Assembly (NCBI RefSeq): GCF_021028975.2
Contig: NC_059430.1
Span: 37,448,001 to 37,512,000, forward strand
Origin: Sphaerodactylus townsendi
Taxonomy: Eukaryota
Reading direction: 5' to 3'
DNA: 64,000 bases
Notes under the pieces: model-generated
Seen by the model: the letters and a program-made list of their open reading frames with translations, nothing else
Told to the model about the DNA's origin: nothing
The model's database searches: none
Part shown: positions 10,532-19,700 of the stretch, one piece after another
Layout: the number at the start of each line of letters is the position of its first letter
Numbering within the stretch: the first letter of the stretch is position 1
Program-made: the position numbers and the translations under genes

Positions 10532-12721
10532 ATGGAGCTAGAGGAGCATGTGAGAATTCTAAAAATGACCAAGCAACAGCTTCAGGAGGAATGTCAAAAG
10601 CAGAATATATTCTGTGAGAACAAGTCTGTAGATGAGATGAAGGCTCTCCTGCTAAACAAGTTGATGGCAGCAGGGGCAGCTTCAGCTCTCATCACCCAAA
10701 CAAGCCCCAGCCCAAAGGATGCAGTCCGGATCCAGGAGTTAGAACTGGAAAAGTTGAGGCTGCAGGCAGAGAAAGAGATAGAACTCCAGTGGCTGAGAAT
10801 CCAGGAGGAGCAACGCAAAGAGGTGCAAAGACAGGAAGACAGAGAAGCCCGCAGGAGAGAGCGCGAGTGGGAGGAGAAGATTCCTAAGGCAAAGAAGTCA
10901 GTGGTTGATTATGTCCTGTCATTCAGAGAATGGCTTAAAGATATGATGAGTGTTGTTCAGGAGAACCTAGCCAAGGCCCAAGCCACACAGAGCAGTTGGC
11001 ATGATAAGACAGCAAGGTCTCGTACTTTTGAGTTAGGGGACAAAGTGATGGTTTCTCTGCCTCTTCGCTCAGACAAGCTGAAGGCGGCATGGGAAGGACC
11101 GCATGTGATTGTGGATAGGCTGGATGATGTTACTTATGCAGTGGCATTGGAAAGGTCTGGGAAAAAGACCAAGGTTGTGCATGTTAATATGCTGAAGCCA
11201 TATCTTGAGAGGAGGATGGTGTTGAATGTGACCAGGAGAGAGGAGGGAGACGAGGAACCAGATGACACCTTAGTGGATGTTTTGGCCCACTTCTCTAAAC
11301 CTGCCCAGTGGGAGGAGCTGGTGTGGCCTGCAAGTGTACCGGTAATAGACAAGGAAAGAATCCTGTCAGTGTTGCACAGGTTTGAGGATGTTTTTAGGAA
11401 AGAACCAGGGAGGACAACCTTGGCTAAGCATGGAATAGATACAGGGACCCATGGACCTATCCAGTGCCCCCCTTACCGGGTGAATGGGCGAGTGCTGGCA
11501 GATGTCCGGAGGGAGGTAGAAGAAATGTTGGGACTGGGAGTGATCCAGCCCTCACTAAGCCCATGGGCGGCCCCTGTTGTACTAGTGGCCAAGCCAGATG
11601 GTTCGATTAGGTTTTGTGTGGACTACAGGAAGCTCAATAGTATCACAAAACCAGACGCTTACCCTATGCCTCGAATAGATACTCTGCTGGATATGCTTGG
11701 ATCTGCCAAGGTGATATCCACTGTAGATCTTTGCAAGGGATACTGGCAGATGGAATTAGAGCCAGAAGCCAGAGCTAAGTCTGCCTTTATTACCCCAGAT
11801 GGACTGTATGAGTTCACAGTTCTCCCCTTTGGCCTCAGAAATGTGCCTGCATCGTTCCAGAGACTGGTGAATAACTTGCTGAATGGCATGTCTGAGTTTG
11901 CAGTGGCTTACATTGATGACATAGCCATCTTTAGCAAGGACTTGGATTCACACCTGGAACATTTAGCCAGGGTGCTGGGTGCCATTCAGGGGGCAGGTCT
12001 CACCATCAAATTGAATAAATGCCAATTTGGGATGTCGGAGGTGGTTTATTTGGGACACAGAGTGGGGAGTGGGAATATCACCCCAATGTGGGACAAGGTA
12101 GAGGCAATCCGAAATTGGGAGGCCCCACGGACAAAAAGGCAGGTCCGGGCTTTCCTGGGCATGGCAAATTATTACCGACGGTTTGTCCCAGATTTCGGGA
12201 CGATAGCAGACCCCTTCTCCTCCCTCACCAAGAAATCCCTCCCAGACAAGGTGGTTTGGACCCCAGCCTGTCAGGCCACTTTTGAGCAGTTGAAACAAGC
12301 GTTAGTGTCCCTACCTGTACTCAAAGCTCCTGATTTTGACAGGCGGTTCTTTGTTGCAACTGATGCCTCAGACTCGGGGATCGGGGCTGTTCTACTGCAA
12401 GAGTGGGAGGGCACCAGACATCCAATTGCATATCTCAGCAGGAAACTGATCCCTTGGGAGAAAAACTTGTCTTCAGTGCAAAAAGAATGTTTGGCAATTG
12501 TATGGGCACTGGACAAACTGCGACCTTACTTGTGGGGGCAAGAATTTACCCTCTTGACAGACCATTCATCCCTCCAATGGCTGCAGACCATGAAGAACTC
12601 AAACACTAAGCTGCAGAGGTGGTCATGGAGGATTCAGGAATTCAACATGAAGATTGAAGAGAATGATGGACGGAACAATGTGGGGGCAGATTTCGTGTCC
12701 AGGAAGGACATGGAGTCATGA
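10532..12721 (+). CDS. Retrotransposon polyprotein, deleted form: Gag N-terminal coiled coil, integrase C-terminal GPY/F region, RT, RNase H (729 aa)
   Basis: WEGPH and VVHVNMLKPY (IN C-terminus); SPWAAPVVLV, RFCVDYRKLN, YIDD at 11909-11920 (RT); TDASD, KECLAIVWA, TDH, ADFVSR (RNase H). No protease or IN DDE core. Confidence 0.9.
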   Translation: MELEEHVRILKMTKQQLQEECQKQNIFCENKSVDEMKALLLNKLMAAGAASALITQTSPSPKDAVRIQELELEKLRLQAEKEIELQWLRIQEEQRKEVQRQEDREARRREREWEEKIPKAKKSVVDYVLSFREWLKDMMSVVQENLAKAQATQSSWHDKTARSRTFELGDKVMVSLPLRSDKLKAAWEGPHVIVDRLDDVTYAVALERSGKKTKVVHVNMLKPYLERRMVLNVTRREEGDEEPDDTLVDVLAHFSKPAQWEELVWPASVPVIDKERILSVLHRFEDVFRKEPGRTTLAKHGIDTGTHGPIQCPPYRVNGRVLADVRREVEEMLGLGVIQPSLSPWAAPVVLVAKPDGSIRFCVDYRKLNSITKPDAYPMPRIDTLLDMLGSAKVISTVDLCKGYWQMELEPEARAKSAFITPDGLYEFTVLPFGLRNVPASFQRLVNNLLNGMSEFAVAYIDDIAIFSKDLDSHLEHLARVLGAIQGAGLTIKLNKCQFGMSEVVYLGHRVGSGNITPMWDKVEAIRNWEAPRTKRQVRAFLGMANYYRRFVPDFGTIADPFSSLTKKSLPDKVVWTPACQATFEQLKQALVSLPVLKAPDFDRRFFVATDASDSGIGAVLLQEWEGTRHPIAYLSRKLIPWEKNLSSVQKECLAIVWALDKLRPYLWGQEFTLLTDHSSLQWLQTMKNSNTKLQRWSWRIQEFNMKIEENDGRNNVGADFVSRKDMES

Positions 12722-12839
12722 AGCGAAGGTCGGTATGTATCCTAATGTGTATCTAGCTGCAAATGACATTGCTTGGATTTTCTGCAGAGCGCCCTTCTGT
12801 AAAAGGGTGCTCCTCCGCTTGAATCTTAGGAGGGGGAGA

Positions 12840-13185
12840 TGTGGAGAAATGGCTCCTTCGGCCCTCCGCTGTCTTTCTTTCATCCTCTCCTTCTCCAACC
12901 AGGTACCAGAGATTTGGAGGACTTAGAAATCCCAGAGAAACATCAGGAAATGCTACCTGACCTAGGGGGAAATGATATCTTGACCCAGCCTGACCTGGTC
13001 AAAGGAGGGTGGGGTCTGGGATCTGATAAATTGAGGGGAAGAGAGGGGCAAGGGCTCTTGGCTCAGGTCTCTCTGGAGGGGAGCAGAGCTCTTGCCTGAA
13101 CTGGGAAGGCGGCAGCCATTTTCTGGACCATGTGCTCAGCCAGGTAATGTGAGCTCTTAGCCAAAAGCAAGCCCGTTTCGCCACA
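12840..13185 (+). repeat. 3' LTR (346 bp)
   Basis: Direct repeat of 10021-10374, preceded by the polypurine tract AGGAGGGGGAGA (12828-12839). Confidence 0.93.
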
Positions 13186-13187
13186 AT

Positions 13188-13334
13188 TGCAATGCAAAAT
13201 TATCTATGTTGCCAGAAAATCTGGAGAAAAATCTCCTGTTCCTTTAATCGAAACTCATTGTGTAGAAATGGACAGGTAGCTCCACGCAACCATGGCATAG
13301 AGGGAAATAACATCACCTGGTAAATTAACAGCCC
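13188..13334 (+). repeat. Right copy of the 147-bp host duplication flanking the LTR element
   Basis: Direct repeat of 9874-10020. Confidence 0.92.
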
Positions 13335-14639
13335 ATTAAACATATATGAATAGGGCTGTCAACTAGTGTTGTATACCTGGTGGCCCTAGAGATCTCCTGC
13401 TATTACAATGGTTCGATCCCCAGGCGACTAAGATCAGTTACCTTTGAGAAAATGGCTGCCTTGGAGGGTGGACTCTATGGCATTATGCCTTGATAAGGCC
13501 TCTTCCCCCCTCCCCAAACCCTGTCCTCCTTAGGCTCCACCCCCCAAACCTCCACGTTTTCCCCAACCCAGACTAGGCAGCCCTGCTGCTGATTCTAGCA
13601 TAGGAAATTCCTAGAAATTTGGTGACAGTGCTTGGAGAGGGTAGGGAGGGAACTCGGTGAAAATGTGGGGGCTTGGAGTCTGCTTTCTGAAGCTGCCATT
13701 TCCTTCAGGGAAACTCTATAGTTTGGATCAGTTGTAATTCTGGGAGAACTCCAGGCCACACTTTGAGGCTGGAGCCCCTACTGTCTCGAAGGGACAGGAT
13801 ATTCTTCTGCAGGCTTCTTGGCAAGCCTAGCCTTACAGCAGGAACCCTTCTCTTTGATCACCTATGGAAGGCATGCCTGCCTCCTTCAAGGATGGCGTTT
13901 GTGTGTCACCTGCAGTTTTTTTTATGTATTCTTCTCAAAAAAATGTTTTAAAAAAAGAATCTGCTTGCTAATTAAAATTAATCTGCTTTTCAGTAAACAA
14001 AATATTTTGATTATTGATTAGCTGATCAAATGTTGCAGCTCTAGAATATTGCATACTCATTTTCCAGCTGGGGGCACTATTGCTCTGGTTTCACCATCCT
14101 GTGTCATAGAGATACAGAGTGTTTCTATTTCTGTTCTCTTCAGTTTGTGGAAGATAATAACAGGAAGTAGAGAAGGAATTCTTGATAGGCCGGTTCCACT
14201 TGGGGACACTTGACCATCCCTTGTGACTCATTGGAAATAAAGTTGATGATGTGTGTAACTTTGGGGGCTTGGAAGGGGAGGGTAGAAAAGGAGAGGAATC
14301 TGAGATATGTGGGATTTAATGCAAAGCTTGTCAAGTCATCAATCCATAGGAGGAGATGCTTTAACAACCCTTTTAAGTCTCTGGTGAAATAGAGCAAATG
14401 GATCAGGTAGAAAGTAGAGGCTTAGGATTGACAGCTCTGAGTTTGGAAATTCCTGGGGATTTGTGGGTAGAACCTGTGAGGGCCAGGTGTGGGGAAGGGA
14501 GGAACCTCAGTGGAATATAATGCCATATTCTAGCCTCCAAATGACCTGTTTTCTCCAGGGGTACTGATTTCTGGAGTCCAGTTATAATTCTGAGAGAGTC
14601 TGGAGGTTGGCAATAGTTGGATGAATCAGAAGGACCCAA

Positions 14640-15000
14640 GGATGTTTTTTTTTCAACAGTGGTCTCACCAACCCTTCCTTCAATCTCTCTGGAAAGACCC
14701 CCGAACTAACGAAAAAATTGATAATGTCCACCAGAGGGTCTCATATCCCATCACCGCTGGCTTTAAGCAGCCATGATGGGCACAGATCTAGGAGGCAGAT
14801 GGTAGACTTCAGCAGCCAGGAGTCTGTCAGCTTTGGCTGAAATGATCCAATGCATGACGTGAAGATGGCCAAAGTGGCTCCCGCTTGCTTACTGTAACAA
14901 TATGTTCTTATGTTCTTATTGACAGGGAGATCCTGACAGAGCAGCAAGGCTCTGCAAAGTGGCTCACAAAAACCTTGCAGCTGATTCCCAAATCACTAAC
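14640..15000 (-). mobile_element. L2 LINE fragment
   Basis: Minus-strand STICLLDLCPSWLLKAS, homologous to the L2 at about 2790. Confidence 0.6.
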
Positions 15001-15768
15001 ATTTTAAACAAAATGTTAGTGATTTGGGAATCAGCTGCAAGGTGATTACAGGGGATCAGCATTATATGCTGGTTTCAACTACAATTCCCATCAAGTATTA
15101 CAGGGGATCAGCATTATATGCTGGTTTCAAGATTGGGTCACCATGGGGGAGCCAGACAACACAACAGTCCACCACAATTGCTGTCACGATTGCACTGTGG
15201 TCATTTATACAGAAGTTGGGACAGTGTCAACGTGGGATCTTTCTGTTCCATGCCATCCTTTCTCCATAGCCCCTCCTTCTGTTTCCTGCCACATTGCAGA
15301 AGCAGAAGGGAGTTATTCAGACAAATACCAAGTTGCTTAACTAGCAACACGGAGAAATAGAGATCTATGACTGCATCCAGATGACAACAGTTTTCAATGT
15401 TCCTTTTAATACTTTCACATGCTAGTTTCCCCCTCACTTCCCTTGCCCCAATCTCCTACAACTGTCTCCTTAATAAGAAGGTGCTCTGAAGTTCCATGTT
15501 GCCTTGATTCTTTCTCCCACAGCCTACTAAATAAAACTGTAGAATAGCTAAAGTTCCAATCCTAAGCAGTAGGACATGAGTCAATAGGCTTAGGATCGGG
15601 ACCAAACCTTGGGCCATGCAACTTCTTGGGTGTGAGCACACTGCAGGGGTTCTGTTTGACAGCACAGGTATTAGGCATTGCCTAGCCCTAGACCCATGCC
15701 ACCACTAGTCAACTTGGACCTGGTCAGCAGTGCTGTGTCTTAGCTGCACTGTAAATCATTCCGTAGAA

Positions 15769-15992
15769 CAGGGGTCTGCAACCTGCAGCCATGCTGGCAG
15801 GGGCTGATGGGAGTTGTAGTTCATGCTGGCAGGGGCTGATGGGAATTGTAGTTGGCCATGCTGGCAGGGGCTGATGGGAGTTGTAGTTCATGCTGGCAGG
15901 GGCTGATGGGAATTGTAGTTGGCCATGCTGGCAGGGGCTGATGGGAATTGTAGTTCATGAACATCTGGAGAGCCGCAGGTTGCAGACCCCTG
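15769..15992. mobile_element. hAT MITE with an internally amplified tandem unit
   Basis: TIR CAGGGGTCTGCAACCTGC; TSD ccgtagaa/ccctagaa; 5 copies of a 31-35 bp unit. Confidence 0.85.
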
Positions 15993-16469
15993 CCCTAGAA
16001 CTAAGATCATGTGCAATTGGGCAAGCCATTAAACTACCAGTTCTTAACACATTTAACTTAAGAGAATGTCTTTAAGTTGTCATTATAGAAGGCACAGCCA
16101 TTGCCTGCTGACAGACCACTCCCGACCAGGTCCAGTGATAGGGATTACAGGGAAAGGACAGGAATTTCAAAACCCAGTTGTCCAGTGGTGGCATGGGTCT
16201 AAAAGGCAATGCCTAACACCCCTTGTGCTGTCAGCCACAACGGCTTAAGAAGATGTAACATTGCCCAGAATAAGACTGTTGTAGATGGTTGAGTTGCTCT
16301 TCATATTAAAGTTGGTCAGCCACTGTTTATTCAGGCAGTCTATCAGTGGGCCTAGCAATAGAACACCTTCCTTGGGATGACAAAATACCTTGCACTGGCT
16401 CTGCTTAGGCTCACGATGCTAACCTTCCAGATCCTGCTTAACACGAAGAGAATGGCCCCTCTTGTCAAT

Positions 16470-16734
16470 ATGATTCATGGCACTGTGGGTTTCCCAGGAA
16501 ACATCCGTAATTCATTTTACACTTGTGCAATATAAGCAAATGGTTTCCTCTGTCAATCAGAACAGATGAGGAAGAACCTGGAGGAAAAGGGAGGAGTCAC
16601 AAATAAGAGCAGGCCTCTTGGGTTGCTTCCTGCTGTTTAGTTATGATTGCACTGAAGTCACTTTAATTCTGAAGAAGCAAAGGGAAGTGAAATCGGCAGC
16701 TACACTGCAGCTGGGGCCGTCTTGAGACTTCATG
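16470..16734 (+). promoter_or_regulatory. Putative CYTH4 proximal promoter/5'UTR with ETS/PU.1 and ETS-IRF composite motifs
   Basis: GGAAGTGAAA (EICE consensus GGAAnnGAAA) at 16683-16692; TTCCCAGGAA (N4 GAS-type) at 16491-16500; several GAGGAA/TTCCT ETS cores; no CpG island. Motif matches only. Confidence 0.55.
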
Positions 16735-16753
16735 ATGGATGTTTGTCCCACCA
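16735..16753 (+). CDS. CYTH4: CYTH4 exon 1 (MDVCPT, phase 1); a second in-frame ATG lies at 16732
   Basis: ATGGATGTTTGTCCCACCA|gtaagt with a consensus donor; resembles human MDLCHP; 19 nt. Confidence 0.85.
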
Positions 16754-19700
16754 GTAAGTCTTACCTTAAAGAAATGTTGGCTGCGCCTTTATGCTGTCTT
16801 CTTGGTATATGTGCTTGAAATTCAAAATGACTCGTCTGTTAAGTATTAAGGGACAAACGAGAAAATGGGAATTGCTCTGATTTCAGAGTGTGACTTTTGT
16901 CAGTCACGTTTAAGCTTTTAAAAAACACTCCCAATGCTTAAAAGAAAATCCAGCTCCTTTGCCGTTATGACAGGAACTGTTTGGAGCTATACCACTGGCT
17001 CTGGTGCTATACCACTTCTTTGGAAGTGTGCCCAACTGAAATTCCTGGGACTTCTTTCTGAGTAAATGTGTATTTGCATTGGTGCAATTTCTGATAATTA
17101 TGAACATGCTTTACATCTGTAAAAGGAAGGCAAAATTCTACATGGCGGTGTTTCAGTGAATTAAATGAATTAAATGTTTCAGTGAATTAAATGAATTAAA
17201 TGTTTCAGTGAATTAAATGAGGGAAAAAAGGAAAATATTAGAATAAGGATATTCCAGAAAACTAGAATGTTGCAGTTTTGATGCTTTTCCGAGAATCTTG
17301 TGTAGGATTTCTCCTTTTCATTTTGGAACTATTTAAGTTGGGCCTTAGTGATCATTTTTAAAATATCAAACATTTTAGGAGATGATAAAATTAACATACA
17401 GCAGGAGTCCTTTTCCAGCCCATAAAGAGATTTCCTCCCCCTGCGCTTCAATCAAATGTATTGGTTTTGACCATAAATCAGAAAGATAATTCTGAAGAGA
17501 TATCAGAGTATAGGTCAGAACGGCAAAACAGCTATTTTAATTTCATACACAAGAGACACAGTGTCAAGATGTATTACGTATCCAGCATATTTGACCAAAA
17601 CAAATACAAAGAAAGCCATGAACACAACAGCTCAATAGCAGAGTCTTTTAGGGTCATAGCTCATGAATCAGGTTTAAGAAGTACCAACTGAAATTCCCTC
17701 TTCCCTGCAGAGCCATGAAAATGTACAGATGCCATTTGTGCTGTGTAAACTATATCTGAAATATAGTTTACATAATCTATATATAGTATAGTACAGAACA
17801 AACTGTGAGAGCCAGTGTGGTGTAGTGGTGAAGAAATCCAAATCCCCTTTCTGCTGAGGAAACTTGCTGGATGGGAGATTCGAAGGAATACCAAGGGTCT
17901 GATTCAGATGCAGGCAATGGCAGACGACTTCTGAATGTCTCTTGCCTTGAAGAACCTATGGCCGTGGTGGTGAACCTTTGGCACTCCAGATGTTATGGAC
18001 TACAATTCCCATCAGCCCCTGCCAGCATGGGCAATTGGCAGGGGCTGATGGGAATTGTAGTCCATAACGTCTGGAGTGCCAAAGGTTCGCAACCACTGCC
18101 CTATGGGGTCACCATGAGTCATATGTGACTGGATGGCAAAAAAGAAGATAAGCGACACAGTTCTCTCAGAACTCTTTCAGCCTCACCTGTCTCACAAAGT
18201 GCCTGCGAAGGGCAGAGGAGGGGAATGCGATTGTAAGTTTTGAGAATAATTAAGGTGTAGAAAAGCGGGGTACAAAAACCAGCTCTCCTTCTTTGCCCCT
18301 GTTCATAGACCTAAGTACCCCACACTTTGCTTCACATATCATCCTAAAAGAGCTGTTTGCAAAACCCCACGTAACCCTGGGGGGATGGGTTCATTGGCCT
18401 GGATTTTTTTTCATAGGCAATGTATTCAGTAAGCCCCCCATTAAACTACAGAGATCAGTTTCCCATGAAGAAAATGGCATCTTGGAGGTGTATTCCATGG
18501 CATCACATCCCTGCTCCCTCCTCTCCCAGCTTCTACTATGAAATCTCCAGGAACTGTCTAAGACTGGGGTTGGCAGCCTTAATGCTAGAACTTTCTATAT
18601 CTGAAGCATCCACTGGGTCCCTGCCTGAGACCAGCTGGCAGAGAGAGGTCCAGTGGTTGGATCCAAAAATTTTAATAACAGGTTCCGATGGTGGTGGGAT
18701 TCAAACAGTGGCGGCGCCGCACACACGCACCTCCAGTCCCTATTGGGCAGGGAGGTTACTTTAGTAACCCCTTCTCGGCACTCAGAAAAAATTAGTAACC
18801 ACTTCTAGAGAAGTGGTGAGAACTGGTTGGATCCCACCTCTGGAGAGGTCCCTTGCATATGAAAATAGACACTACCTAAATCACTGTTCTGTGTCGCTTC
18901 TGTGGGGTAAAGTTCTTAAGCTCACAAACCTGGACAAAGAATGATCTTCTGAGAATTTTTCAAAGCAGATGTTAGATTTCTATCCATCGATGGATCAAGC
19001 AGCGAAAGGCCAATTCTCTTGCCAACAGTTTCTTTTTTAGGATATCTAGCAGCTAGCAACTTTGAGGAAAAATGATCAAATTATCCACCATCTGCCCAAA
19101 AACTGGAGCCATAAAATGCTTGCCAAGAAACAACAAAGAAATGAAAGAGCATAAATTAAGCTAACTGACCTGCTTTATCTGCTTTAAATATGTCTTGTTT
19201 TCTCCTTCCATTTTCCCTTTTTCCAAGTGGTGAATATTCTTTTATTCCTCTCCTGTTTTCCTCCTGATTGGTCAAATGGGCAAATACACTGAAGTATTGT
19301 TGAAGGCTTTCACAGCTGGAATCAACTGGCTGTTGTGGGTTTTCTGGGCTGTGTGGCCATGCCCTGGTGGTTTTAGACAGTAGTGGGATTCAAACAATTT
19401 AACAACCAGTTCTGGTGGTGGGATTCAAATAATTTAACAACTGGTTGTTTACAAGCACCATTTTAACAACCGGTTAAAACTGTCAAAGTGGTGCGAACCT
19501 GCTGAATCCCACCACTGGTTTTAGGTCTTAATATTTCACCCACATCTTTGGGCTTTAGAAAAAGACAACCAGACTGGGGGTGGTTGACAGAAATTATAAC
19601 GGTGCGATCACTTCTGCCAGCATGGTGTGGTGGTTAGAGTGTTGGGTTAGGATCAAGGTTCATACCTTTGCTCTTTCGTGGAATCTTGCTGGGCCTGTCA

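Larger units (their letters stand above)
10021..13185 (+). mobile_element. Gmr1-like Ty3/Gypsy LTR retrotransposon, internally deleted
   Basis: Two near-identical LTRs (TGTGG...CCACA), tRNA-Leu PBS, PPT, and a 729-aa ORF with the integrase C-terminal domain upstream of RT-RNase H (Gmr1 domain order). Confidence 0.92.

Noticed and set aside
10532-12721. Domesticated host gene
   Set aside because: Near-identical LTRs with intact PBS and PPT indicate a recent insertion; the open frame needs no host selection to explain it.
15790-15960. CRISPR-like array
   Set aside because: Eukaryotic DNA; the units are contiguous tandem repeats with no unique spacers, inside a MITE.
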